A DNA stretch of 64,000 nucleotides from Cetorhinus maximus. Taxonomy: Eukaryota. Below are positions 47,390 through 59,757 of this stretch, in pieces (the first letter of the stretch is position 1; each line of letters opens with the position of its first letter). The stretch lies in assembly GCF_964194155.1 (NCBI RefSeq), contig NC_135901.1:25544001-25608000 (forward strand). The letters run 5' to 3'. A program made the translations under genes and the position numbers. Below the pieces are notes generated by a model, which saw nothing but the letters and a program-made list of their open reading frames with translations, did no database searches and was not told where the DNA came from.

Positions 47390-47960
47390 ATGGCGCTGCT
47401 GTTACCCAACATTCCCTGCGGATGTGAATGTGCTCTGGACACCCCACAGGAGCCCAGTGCGCAGGCGCTGTGCTGACCTATTTGGAGCATGCGCAGTGCC
47501 ACTTTGATCAGAGCCCTGCGACTACGGCAGAGGCTTTTGGGAATGGTTGAGAGCGGGCGGGGCGGACGGAAGGGAGAGGAGGCTTCAAAAGCGCCCGACG
47601 TAAGCCTCAAGGCCAGAATTAGGGTCTGCAGGTCCCGTGTTTACAGCCCCGGGGCTTTTTTCCAGGGAACAGGCCTAGGTGAACCATTATTAGAGGCTCA
47701 GGAAGTTACACAATAGCAGAGAGGTGATTGGGGTGGGCGGCGGGGAGCGGGGCGCATGCGCGGCCATCTCGGTGACGTAACGTAATGGGCGAGGCTTCAG
47801 GGTCCCGGTGACCAGGAGAGAAAAAATATCGCCTCAATGATTTTATTCCCACTCTGCAAACAGGAGTTGGAGCTGGTGATGGGCCCGGGTGAACGTCCAC
47901 CATCTTTTGAGGGGCAATGTGCTGCAGGGCGCATGCGCGACCATCTGAAGAATGCAATAA
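47390..47960 (+). promoter_or_regulatory. CpG-island promoter/first exon of unit G
   Basis: ZNF143-like site at 47403-47420 (identical to 16155-16172), NRF1 GCGCATGCGC at 47752-47761 and 47929-47938, and GC boxes near 47555 and 47735. Confidence 0.7.
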
Positions 47961-48047
47961 TAAGTATATCAGAATTAGAAGCACGGAAAGGCCATTCTGC
48001 CCATCGAGCATGCTTGGAAATTCAATAAGATCGTGGCTGACGTGATA

Positions 48048-48347
48048 GGGGAGGCGGTGGCATAGTAGTATTGTCACTGGGCTAGTATTCCAGAGACCCA
48101 GGGTAATACTGAGGGTACCGAATCCCACCACAGCAGATGGTAAAATTTGAATTCAACAAAAATCTGGGGATTAAAAGTTTGATGATGACAATCAAACCAT
48201 TGTCACCTGGTTCATGAGTGTCATTTAGGGAAGACAATTGCCGTCCTTACCTGGTCTGGCCTACATGTGACTCCAGACCCACAGCAATGTGGTTGACTCT
48301 TAAATGCCCTCTGAAAAAGGGCAGTTAGGAATGGGCAATAAATGCCC
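48048..48347 (+). mobile_element. tRNA-derived SINE (SacSINE1/DeuSINE-like)
   Basis: GGGGAGGCGG-TGGCATAGTAG head, core CCTTACCTGGTCTGGCCTACATGTGACTCCAGACCC and tail GGGCAATAAATG. Inserted into a CR1 fragment. Confidence 0.8.
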
Positions 48348-49194
48348 AAACAATCAGTCTTAAATTGGAGACCCCTTATATTTATATGATTTTATCTTTT
48401 TTTTTGTATGATTCTCCTACCAGGGGAAACATCCTTTCGGCATCCAACCTGTCAAGCACCCTCAGAATCTTACGTTTCAATAAGATCACCCCTCATTCTT
48501 CTAAACTCCAATGAGTATAGTCCCAACCCGATCAACCCCTCCTCATAAAATAAACACCCTAATCCCAGGAATCAGCCGAGTGAACTCTCTCTGAACTACT
48601 TCTAATGCACACATGTCCCTGCTTAAGTAATCCTGGACCAGAAAGCAGGAGGAGAGAATGTTGTTAATTTCTATCCTGGACTGACAATGATGGATTTTAA
48701 AAACTCCTTTTACAGGGAGTTAGAAGGGGAGGATTTATACACAGCAAACTTAAACCAACAGAAATGTTCATCTCTACTGAACTTCTAACCTCGACTGAAC
48801 ATTATGACTTTTGTAACCTCCTTTTACTTTGGAACACAGTCATGCCCAGCAATTTCCAAGGTAAAATTGTTGAAGGAGGTAGATTCTAGGAGAGATAAAA
48901 TGAACATTGTTCATACAACGTAAAAGGATATTGTTTTTGGGACAAGTATTTCTTCAGATGCCTTTAATCTATTTACACATATATATTTTAAACATTTATT
49001 CTTGGGATTTGGGCATCACTAACAAGACCAGTGATATATATTGTCATCCCCAGTTACCTGTGGAGAAGATAATGTATGACCTTCTTAAACCACGGCAGTC
49101 CGTGTGGTGAAGGTGCTCCCACAATGCTGTAAGATAAGGAGTTGCAGGTTATTCACCCAGTGATGATGAAGGAAAAGTGATATATGCCCAAATC

Positions 49195-50050
49195 AACAAC
49201 ATAAAACTGTATTTATATTGCACCTTTAACAATTAAATGTTCCAAGGCATTTCACAGAAATGTTACAAAGCAACATTTGACACCGAGCCACAGAAGGAGA
49301 TATTAGAACAGATGACTAAAGGTTGGGTCAAATAGGTTTTAATGAGCATCTTAAAGGAGGAAAGTGAGGTAGAGAGGTGGGGAGGTTTAGGGAGGAAATT
49401 CCAGAGCTTATGGTCTGAAAGCTGAAGGCGCAACCGCCAAAGGTGAAACAGTTAAAATCAGGAATGCTCAGGATGTCAGAATTAGTGGAGTGCAGCGATC
49501 TCAGAGGATCATGAGAATGGAGCAGATTTCAGAGATAGGGAGGGACCATGGAGGAATTTGAAAATAAGGATGAGAAATTTAAAATGTTAATGTTACTGAA
49601 CCAGGAAACTTTGTCGGTCAGCGAGCACAGAGGTGATGGGTGAATTTGACTTGATGTGAGCGAACACACGGGCAGCAGAGTTTTAGGTGACCTCAACATT
49701 ACAGGGAGGTTGAATGCTGCAAGTGCATTAAGATAATTGACGATTCTAGAGGTGACGGAGGAATGAATTTCAGCAGCAGTTGAGATGAGACTAGGGTGAA
49801 GTTGGGTAATGTTACTGAGTCGGAAATAGATAGTCTTGGTGACGATGTACATATGTGGTTGTAAGCTCATCTTGGGGTGAATTATTACACTAAAGTTTTG
49901 AACAGTCTGTGTTAACCTCAGACAGTTTCCAGGGAGAGAGATGTAGTCAGTGGCTAGGAAATGGAGTTTGTAGTGGGGACTGGCTTCAGGATTCCTAGTC
50001 TTTATATGGAAAAAAAATTCTGTTCACCCAGTACTGGAAGTCAGACAAGT
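49195..50050 (-). mobile_element. L2-type LINE 3' fragment
   Basis: L2-like 3' end (CAACAAC...TTTATATTGCACCTTTAAC on +). ORF 49529..49870 contains YFRLSNITQLHPSL. Confidence 0.7.
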
Positions 50051-50579
50051 CGGGGTGGTGTGTGACTTGGAGAGGAACTTGAAGAGATGGTGTTCACATA
50101 TACCTGCTACCCTGGTCCTTCTAGATGGTGGAGGTTAGCGGTTCAGGAGATTTTGTCAGAGTTATGGTCAAGCAATTGATACATAAAATCCCTCTCCAAT
50201 CCCTGCATCTCTTATTCTCTCTCTCTCTCTCTCCCCTTCCATCGTGGCCAGAGTCTTGTGTAGGTCCAGACTGGGTGGCAGGTTCCTTTCCCTGAAGGAC
50301 ATGAGTGAACCAGTTGGGTTTTTACGACAATCCAGCAACTTTCATGGTCACTTTTCCCAAGTGTCAGTCCCACAAATTATCAGGTTCATTCAGTTAAATT
50401 TCACAATCTGCTTTTGTGTTTTTCTGGGTTTTCTCTAACTCGCTTTTTCCTGTTTTAAATTCAATTCAAAGGGAATTAGAAGGGGAGGTCTTGCAGTCAG
50501 GAAACTGAAGCAAATATCACATCAGGATATGATGGAGTCGCCCAATTTATCGTAACCTGAACATCATCAGATTTTGAAG

Positions 50580-51281
50580 ATGGAAAGAGAAAGCACTGTT
50601 CACAGCAGAGAGAAACTGTACACGTGTTCTGTTTGTGGGCGAGGCTTCAGCCAATCATCTGGTCTGTCGAAACATAAATGCTGTCACACTGGGGAGAAAC
50701 CGTGGAAATGTGGGGACTGTGGGAAGGGATTCAATTTCCCATCTGAGCTGGAAACACATCAGCGCACTCACACTGGGGAGAGGCCATTCACCTGCTCACA
50801 GTGTGGGAAGGGATTCTTTAATTCAACCAACCTGCTGACACACCAGCAAGTTCACACTGACGAGAGACCTTTCAAATGCCCAGATTGCGAGAAGTGCTTT
50901 AAAAGTTCCGGGGAACTGATTCGCCATCAACGTGTTCACACTGATGAGAGACCGTTCAGATGTTCTCACTGTGGGACTGGGTTCAAGACATCACCTACTC
51001 TCATTGCACACAAGCGCAGTCACACTGGGGAGAGACCGTACACCTGCTCCGAGTGTGGGAAGGGATTCACTCGGTCATCCACTCTGCTGACACACCAGCA
51101 AGTTCACACTGGGGAGAGAATGTTCACCTGCTCCATGTGTGGGAAGGGATTCACTCAGTCATCCAACCTCCTTAGACACCAGCGGGTTCACACTGAAGAG
51201 AGGCCATTCACCTGCTCTGATTGTGGGAAGGGATTCACTCAGTCATCCAACCTGCTGAGTCACCAGCGACTTCACCAGTAA
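50580..51281 (+). CDS. C2H2 zinc-finger protein (unit G): 8 intact fingers
   Basis: ATG at 50580 (AAGATGG context) and an uninterrupted ORF to TAA at 51281. Probable acceptor at 50470-50471 and AATAAA at 51398-51403. Confidence 0.88.
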   Translation: MERESTVHSREKLYTCSVCGRGFSQSSGLSKHKCCHTGEKPWKCGDCGKGFNFPSELETHQRTHTGERPFTCSQCGKGFFNSTNLLTHQQVHTDERPFKCPDCEKCFKSSGELIRHQRVHTDERPFRCSHCGTGFKTSPTLIAHKRSHTGERPYTCSECGKGFTRSSTLLTHQQVHTGERMFTCSMCGKGFTQSSNLLRHQRVHTEERPFTCSDCGKGFTQSSNLLSHQRLHQ

Positions 51282-51529
51282 GTCCCGTGATTTGATTTAG
51301 CCACACCCAGGACTGAATCATGCTCATTGGGTTTGTTTCTGCTGATGTTAATAAACTTCATCACAGTTATGGGAGCTAATATTCTGGAAAAAAGTCAAAT
51401 AAATTAACTTTGTGTTGAACACACAGTGTGTCGAGTCTTTTGAATATCTCTGTCACAAGTTAATTCCTTTTGAAGGGCTCTCCCTCTCGCCTGTCTCCTC
51501 CATCCCCACCTCCAACAACCACTGCGAGG

Positions 51530-53330
51530 AGCTCATGGAGCTTCTTTGTCACTAAGATTGAGAAATTGAGAAGCCTCTGCTGCTTCCCTCCCTTTCACTA
51601 GCCCACTGGGCCAAATTGCCTCAAAATTCCACCCCCCCCCCCAGCCCCCTTTCCCCCACTTTCCACCCCCCCCTCCCCCCCCCCCCCAACCCACCCTGAG
51701 CCTGAGCCAGGAACCTGCATAGGTTTTCTCCCAGATCCCCTCTGGCCCTCTCAGTGCTCCTCTTGTCCATGAGTCCCACCTCCTGAATCTTATTCTCACT
51801 AAGCCACTGACCACCCAATCTCCCCATGTTGCCTGATATTGTTAATAGTTCTCTCTCTCTAGGTGTTGTCCCATTTTCCTTTAATTCTGCTGTCATTGCC
51901 TTCTCCTCAAAACACAACCCCTTCACCCCACTGGTCCTTGCAAACTATTGTCCCATCCCTAACCTCCCTTTCCTCTCCAAAGTCTAAGAACATTTTGTCA
52001 CTTCCCAAGTCTGTGTCCATTTTCCTGGAGCTCAATGTTTCAATCCTTCCCAGCAGATTTCTTCCCCTATTACAGCCCTGAAACAGCACTTATCAAAATC
52101 ACAAAACATACCCCATGTAACTGTGATGAGAGTAAACTGTCCCTCCTGGTGCTTCTCGACCTGGCTACAGTCTTTTACCACACAATCCTCTTGCAGCACC
52201 TCTTCACTGCTGTCCAGCTGGGTGGGACTGCTCTCTCCTGGTTCCTTGCTTATCTATCAACTCTCAGCCAGAGGATCAACTGCAACATTTCTAGTCTGGT
52301 TCCAACACAGTTACCTTTGGTGTCCCTGAGGATCTATCGTTGTTCCCACCTATTTCATGCCTACATGCTTCCCCTCCAGGACAACATCTGAAAACACTGT
52401 TAGATTTCACATCTATGCTGAAAACACTACCACCTCTCTCGATTTCTCCACTGTTGTTAAATTATCAGACTGTTTAGCCCACATCCTGTACTGAATTTGC
52501 AGAAATTTCCTCCAATTAAATGTTAGTGAGACCAAAGCCATTGTTTATGGTCCCTGTTCTGAATTCATTCTCAAGCTACTGACTCCATCCTTCTCCCTGG
52601 CAACTGCCTGAGACTAAACCAGGCTTTTCACAGCCTTGATTCATATTTGACACCGAGAGTAACTACCGACCACATATTTGTGTCATCATAAATACAACCT
52701 ATTTCCACCTCCATAATGTCGCCTGACTCCGCCCCGCTTCTGTTCATCTGCTTAAAACCTCATCTGTGTCTTTGTTACCTCTGCACCCAACCATTCCAAT
52801 GCACTTCTAGCTGCCCCAACCACCCACCCCCCACCCCCACTCAACTTCAGGTCAACAAAATCCCTGTGGCCCGTGCGCTACGAAGGCCAAACCCCATTCA
52901 CCTATCACCCCGGTGCTCACTGACCGACATTGGCTCCTGGGCAAGCAGTGCCTCAATTTTAAAATCATTACCCTTATTTTAAATCCCTGTATGGCCTCAC
53001 ATCTCCCTACCTTTACAATCTCCTCCAGCCCCACAGCTCTCTAGGATATCTGACCTCTCCTATTTCTGGCCCCTTTCACATCCCATATTTTGTTTGCTGT
53101 ACCATTGGTGGACACGCTTTCAGCTGCCTAAGTCTCTGAGCTGTGTAATTCCTTCCTTAAACATCTCTGACTCTCTCTCCTTCTTAAGATGTTCTTTATT
53201 GACCACGTTTTTGGCCATCAACCTTCACTTCTCTACTGCAGCTTTGTGCCAAATTTCATTTGATAACCCTCCTTGAGATGTTTTACTATGCCAAAAGCTC
53301 TATATGAAGGTGAATTGCTGTTGGATGTGA
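51530..53330 (+). mobile_element. Old L2-type LINE fragment
   Basis: ETALIKIT...SLLVLLDL...ALSWFLAYLS (ORF 52035..52391), HIYAENT near 52410, and an L2-like 3' end near 53270-53325. The reverse complement resembles 49195-50050. Confidence 0.7.
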
Positions 53331-53771
53331 TTGACAACAGCAATGACACTGGACTCCAACTCCATTCGAGCTTGCTGCTGCCTCAGCAGGCTGGATGACT
53401 GAGTGCATCCATTCCTGCACACAGAGCAGCTGAACGGTCTCTCCCTGGTGTGACTGCACCAATGAGTTTCCAGCTCCAACGGATTACTGAAACCTTCCCA
53501 CAGTCCCCACATTTCCACGGTTTCTCCATGGCTCGGGTCTCCTTTCATCTCTCCAGATTGGATGGTCCACACACAGAACATGTGTACGGTTTCTCCCCAA
53601 TGTGAATGGTGTGATTTTTTTTTCATGTCCTGTAACTGGTTAAAACTATTTTCAATCAGTGCACTGGAACACGTGTGTGTGTGTGTTTGTGTGTGTGTGT
53701 GTATGTGTCCATTAAAGTATTGCTGAGATTGTCTGACTTTCTTTGTCTGCAAATCCTCTCCTCCTAATCCT
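53321..53771 (-). pseudogene. Decayed ZNF exon (unit H)
   Basis: Acceptor cassette at 53772-53830, a leader with an expanded (CA)n, [12 protein letters not shown], a frameshift, one degenerate finger and the tail ELESSVIAVVNHIQ. Confidence 0.7.
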
Positions 53772-54387
53772 CTGTAAAAGGAGTTTACAAAAGTCATCAC
53801 TGTAAGTACAGGATAGAAACTCAGAACAGACAATTTTAGTTTCTGTGGAATATTCTTTCTCCTTTCATTCCCCCAAATCTATAATTCTCTGTGCCAGAGA
53901 CTCTTCTACCTCTCTGCTCATCATTCCAGATTCACTGTCTGATCACCTACTAATTGTTTTCCCCTGTCTAGATTCTCTCTCCTCCTGTCCTTAAGCTGGT
54001 GACTGAAGCTACAGTCGATCCCACTCATTGACTTTAATACTACCAAATGATTTAGCTCAAAACAACAAATTATCTTTAAAGACTTTATTAGTAGTTTTGA
54101 ATATACAGAAGTAGCCACCTTTTTCCCAAAGCCGGAGAACAGAAAGTCCAGTGGTTAGTTCATATCTTCCTTCTCCCCAGGTCTGTTCTAACAAGCTGTG
54201 TCTATCTGAGTTACATTTATACAGATTCACTACTCTATTAGTAATTGAGTCTCACTGCACTTTGAAAGAAGAATATTCCAGTCACTCTCAGACAGACTCT
54301 ATCTTGCAGAACAAGTCCTTCTATCTGCACTGGCTCAGCTGCACAAGATCGTCAGAGAGGACTGACAATGTTATTTCCCAAGTGGAC

Positions 54388-54742
54388 TTGGTGGTGTAGT
54401 TGTAATGTCATGGGAATTTTCCCAATGCCCAGGCAATTCTTTGGAGACACTGATTAAAATCCCATTACTGCAGCTGGAACTGAAATTCAATTAATCAAAT
54501 CTGGAATTGAAAATTAGTCTCGGTATTGGTGACCATGAAACTATCAACAATTGTCATAAAAACCCATTACTCATGTTCTTTAGGGAAGGAAATCTGCCAT
54601 CCTGGACCCCCAGCAATGTGGCTGAATTTCAACTGCCCTCTGAAATGGCCTAGCAAGCCACTCAGTTCAAAGGGCAATTAGGGATGCACAATAATTGCTG
54701 GCCTTGCCAACAATGCCCACATCCCATGAAAGAATAAATAAG
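54388..54742 (+). mobile_element. tRNA-derived SINE copy
   Basis: Head TGGTGGTGTAGTTG, the shared core, and tail GGGCAATTAGGGATG...CCCATGAAAGAATAAA. Confidence 0.7.
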
Positions 54743-55014
54743 ATGCTATAAACAACTGGTAATTCCTATAATTCATCTGTCACAGACTTACTCATTGTCA
54801 GGTTTAACTAACAACAATTATCACATGTTACAGAAGGTAGCAGTTGGAACTTGCTCTGTCTTATTTTGCAATCCCTATTTCAGCAGAATTTCACTCTCAC
54901 TTTCCCAGATTCAAACATAAACTGAGGTATGATCTCTAATGGCATCTGGACTACTCACACTCCATCGCATCTCAGAAAACGCTCTATCTGCCGCGGGTTG
55001 GCCAGGTGATCGGA

Positions 55015-55390
55015 GCTGTTAGGGAGGGAGTTCCAGGATTTTGACCTAGTGACAGTGAAGGAACAGCGATATATTTCCAAGTCAGAATGGTGAATGGTTC
55101 GGAAGGAACTTCCAGATGGTGGTGGTCCCATTTGTCTGCTGCCCTCGTCCTTCTAGGTTGTAGTGGTCATGGGTTTGGAAGGTGGTGTCACAGGAGGCTT
55201 GGTGAGTTCCTGCAGTGCACCTTGTAGATAGTACACACTGCTGCCACTGTGCGTCAGTGATGGAGGGAGTGAATGTTTATGGATGGGGTGACAATCAAGA
55301 GGGCTGCTTTGTCCTGGAACATGTCAAGCTTCTTAAGTGTTGTTGGAGATACACTCATCCAGGCAAGTGGAGAGTATTCCATCACATTCC
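55015..55390 (-). mobile_element. CR1-group LINE family 2 fragment
   Basis: Nearly identical to the reverse complement of about 57270-57645. Confidence 0.85.
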
Positions 55391-55670
55391 AGCGCATGCT
55401 CGGAGGGTCCTGGTCTCTTTGTTTGAGGTTGTTCCCGGAGAGAAGCCGGAAGCGGCAGACAGTGAGAGTGGAGAACGTTCATTGTTTAATATTCGGCTCT
55501 GGGGCCGCACTTGGGACTTGTAAACACCGCCCACCCGCCCGGGGTTTATTAACCCGCTCCCGACAGTGACCTCTCACCTGACAGCTCACAATGCCCGGCT
55601 GATTGATGGCAGCTCTGGACCAATAGGAAGAGGGGATAGGGCTGGAGGACAAATCAATGAGGAGCAGGAA
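55391..55670 (-). promoter_or_regulatory. CpG-rich promoter remnant, likely of unit H
   Basis: GCGCATGC, ETS-like CCGGAAG and CCCGCCC. TGATTGATGGCAGCTCTGGACCAATAGGAAGA matches 62942-62973. Confidence 0.5.
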
Positions 55671-55674
55671 TCGC

Positions 55675-58600
55675 CCATTCGGCCCTTAGGGTCTGCTCCG
55701 CCATTCAATAAGATCATGGCTGATCTGATTGTAACCTCAAGTCCAAATTCCCGCCTGCCCCTAATAACCTTTCACCCCCTTGCTTATCAAGAATCTATCT
55801 ACCTCTGCCTTAAAAATATTCAAAGACTCAGCTTCCAACACCTTTTGAGGAACAGAGTTCCAAAGACTCACGATCCTCAGAGAGAAAAAAACTCTCCTCA
55901 TCTTTGCCTTAAACGGGCAACCCCTTGGCTTTTTAACAGTGGCCCGAATTGCTAGATTCTCCCACATGAGGAAACATTCTCTCCACATCCATCCTGTCAA
56001 GACCCCTCAGGATCTTGTATGTTTCAAACAAGTCATCTCTTACTCTTCTAAACTCCACTGGATACAAGCCTAGTCTGTCCAATCTTTCCTCATGCAACAC
56101 ACTACCCATTCCAGGTATTAGTCTGGTAAACCTTCTCTGAACTCTTTCAACTCATTTACATCCTTCCTTAAATAAGGAGACCAATACTGTACACAGTGTT
56201 CCAGATATGGTCCCACCAATGAAGCATTTGTATTCAATTCCCCTCACAATAAATGAGAACATTCTATTAGCTTTTCTAATTGTGCGTTGTACCTGCATAC
56301 TAGCCTTCTGCAATTCATGCACTAGGACACCTAGATCCCTCTGCATCTCGCAGCTCTGTAATCTCTCACCATTTAGATAATATGATTATTTATTATTTTA
56401 CCTGCCAAAATGGACAATTTTACACTTTCCCACATTTTTATCCATTTGCCAGGTCTTTGCCCACTCAATTAAATTATACATATCCCTTTGTAGCCTCCTT
56501 GTGTCCTCCTCATATCTTACTATCCTACTTACCTTAGTGTTATCAGCAAATTTAGCAACCGAACCTTAGTTCCCTTTATCCAAGTTATTTATATAGACTG
56601 TAAAAAGTTGAGGCCCCAGCACTGATCCCTGTGTCACACCACTCATCACATCTTGCCAACCATAAGATGACACATTTATGCCTACTTTATGTTTCCTGTT
56701 AGCTAGCCAATCTTCTCTCCATGCTAATATGTTACCCCCTACACCAGTAGTTTTTATTTTCCACAATAACCTTTGATGTGGCACCTTTTTTATTGATTCA
56801 CGGGATGTGGGTGTTGCGGGCTGAGCCAGCATTTATTGCCCATCCCTAATAGCCCTTAAGAAGGTGGTGGTGAGCTGCTTTCTTGAACCGCTGCAGTTCA
56901 TGTGGTCCAGGTACACACACAGTGCTGTTAGGAAGGGAGTTCCAGGATTTTGACCCAACGACCTTATTAAATGCCTTCTGGAAATCCAAGTATGGGACAT
57001 CCATTGGGTCCCCTTTAGCAAGAGCAAGTACCAGGCAATGACCATCTCCAACAACAGAGAGTCTAACCAGTGCCCCATTACATTCAATGGCATTACCATT
57101 GCTGAATCCCGACTATCAACATCCTGGGGGTTACCATTAACCAGAAGCTGAACTGGACTAGCCATATGTATACTGTGGCTACAAGAGCAGGTCAGAGGCT
57201 AGGAGTCCTGTGGCAAGCAACTCATCTCCTGCCTCCCCAAAGCCTGCTCACCATCTACAAGGCAGAAGTCAGGAATGTGATGGAATACTCTCCACTTGCC
57301 TGGATGAGTGTATCTCCAACAACACTTAAGAAGCTTGACACGTTCCAGGACAAAGCAGCCCGCTTGATTGTCACCCCATCCATAAACATTCACTCCCTCC
57401 ATCACCGACGCACAGTGGCAGCAGTGTGTACTATCTACAAGGTGCACTGCAGGAACTCACCAAGCCTCCTTTGACACCATCTTCCAAACCCATGACCACT
57501 ACAACCTAGAAGGTCGAGGGCAGCAGACAAATGGGAACACCACCATCTGGAAGTTCCTCCTGAACCAGTCACCATTCTGACTTGAAATATATCGCCGTTC
57601 CTTCACTGTCACTGGGTCAAAATCCTGCAATTCCCTTCCTAACAGCACTGTGGGTGTACCTATACCACATGGACTGCAGCACCTTCTCAAGGGCAATTAG
57701 GGATGAGCAATAAGTGCTGGCCTAGCCAGCGACACCCACATCCCGTGAATGAATAAAAAAATTGTGACTCCAATAAATTGGTTAAAGATGATTTTCCTTT
57801 CACAAAACCATGTTGGCTCTGCCTGATTGCCCTGAGCTTTTCTAAGTGACCTGTTATAACAGCTTTCATAATAGTTTCTAACATTTTCCCTCTGACACAT
57901 GCTAAGCTAACTGGTCTGTAGTTTCCTGCTTTATGTCTCCCTCCCTTTTTGCTATATTCCAGTCTTATGAAACCTTCACCGAATCTAGGGAATTTTCGAA
58001 AATTAAAACCAACGCATCAACTATCTCACCAGCCACTTCTCTCCTGAGTTCCTCCCTCCCTTCAATTTCCTGATTTACAGTTATTTCTGGGATGTTACTT
58101 GTATCCTCCATCATGAAGACCGAAGCAAAATACTTGTTTAAATCATCTGCCATCTCCCTGCTTTCCATTATCAATTCCCCGGACACACTTTCTGTAAGAC
58201 CAAAGCTCACTTTGTTAGCACTTTTCTTCCATAAATATCCACAGAAACTCATACTATCCATCTTTATGTTTCTAGCTAGCTTTCTTTCATACTCTATTTT
58301 TCCCCCCCTTATTAACCTTTTGGTCATTCTTGCTATTCGTTATATTCTGTCCAATCTTCTGACCTGCCACCCATCTTTTCACAGTTACATGCTTTTTCTT
58401 TAAGTTTTTTACTGTCTTTAACTTTTTTTGTTGGCCACAGATAGTGGGTCCTCCCCTTGGAAGTTTTCTTTCTCATTGTATTCTCTGTACACTGAAATAT
58501 CCCTTTAAATGTCTGCCACCGCGTCTCGATTGATTAACCCCTTAACCTCATTTGTCAGTTCCTTTTAGCTAGCTCTGCTTTCATGCCCTCATAAATTCCC

Positions 58601-59540
58601 TTTGTTTCAGCTTAAAATACTCGTCTTATACCCACTTTTCTCCCCCTCAAACTGAATGTAAAATTCAATCATAATATGATTACTGCTGCCTAAGAGTGCC
58701 TTCATTAGGAGGTTATCAATTAATCCTATCTCATTGCACAACACCAGGTCTAGTACAGCCTGCTCTCTGGTTGACTCCAGAATGTGTTCTAAGAAATTAT
58801 CCCAAAAACATTCTATGAAATCCTCATCCACATTACCCTCATCCATATTACCTTTGCCCAAATAATTTTTACAGTCTATAAGTAGATTGAAATCCCCCAT
58901 GATTATCGCTGTACCTTTCTGATGAGCTCCCATTTTCTCCTTCTTTACCCTATGTCTTACTGTGTAGTTACAATTAAAGGGCCTGTAAACCACTCCCACA
59001 AGTGACTTCTTGTCTTTACCATTTCTCATCTCAACCCAAACCACTTCTACACCCTGGTTTACTGAACTTAGAGGGTGATGACCTAATGTGCTAATACCAT
59101 CATTAATTAACAGGGCCACCCCTCCACCATTTCCTAACTTCCTGTCCTTCCTAAATGTTACATACCCTTCAATATTCAGCTCACCACTGCCCTCCCTAAG
59201 GGCAATTAGAAATAGGCAATAAATGCTGGCCTAGCCAGTGACGGCCACATCCCATGAATGAATATATTTAAAAAATTCAGGTCCCAATCTATGTCATCCT
59301 GTAGGCATGTCTCTGTAATGGCTATCAGATCATACTTATTTATTTCTATTTGCCCTGTCAGCTCATCTGTTTTGTTTGGAATGCTACATGTTTAGATACA
59401 GAGATTTTTCCTTTTATTATTTTTGTAGCATCGAGCCTTATTTTCTGATTTACTCTTAGATTGGTACTCTGTTCCTGTCATGGTTTGTTTATCATTTCCG
59501 ATATTCGTACCTCACTCTCTTGCCTTGTCTCTACTTTGGT
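55675..59540 (-). mobile_element. Long degenerate CR1 LINE (APE endonuclease to 3' end) with nested insertions
   Basis: APE motifs GVVYRP, IIMGDFN, LDLVL and LGSSNH (58607..59119). RT motifs SQHGFVKGKS and GVTQGSVLGPQLF. Family-2 pieces are nested at 56788-56960, 57025-57760 and about 59180-59275. Confidence 0.88.
57025..57760 (+). mobile_element. CR1-group LINE family 2 3' fragment nested in CR1
   Basis: ORF 57166..57474 contains YKAEVRNVMEYSPLAWM. The tail is TGAATGAATAAAAAA. Confidence 0.88.
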
Positions 59541-59757
59541 TTACCACATCATCCCAAACAAAGGAGAAAGGGTCCAAAAATGGAAGAGTCAGTAACAGGA
59601 CATCAACCAGTCTCCTCTTAGACAAATCAAGGTTGTGAACATTGTTTGACACAAAGCTGATTTATTTAACATATATCCAGAATACTAAACTCCAGCCCAG
59701 TTACAGGGATTATTAACATCAACTGAAACAAACTCCAACTTTCAGAGTGAACATGGT

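Noticed and set aside
48048-48135. tRNA gene
   Set aside because: The A/B-box-like head continues into the SINE core and tail, and no complete cloverleaf is evident.
51628-51696. C-rich tract with G-quadruplex potential on the - strand
   Set aside because: It is a low-complexity expansion inside an old L2 fragment and is not shared by paralogs.
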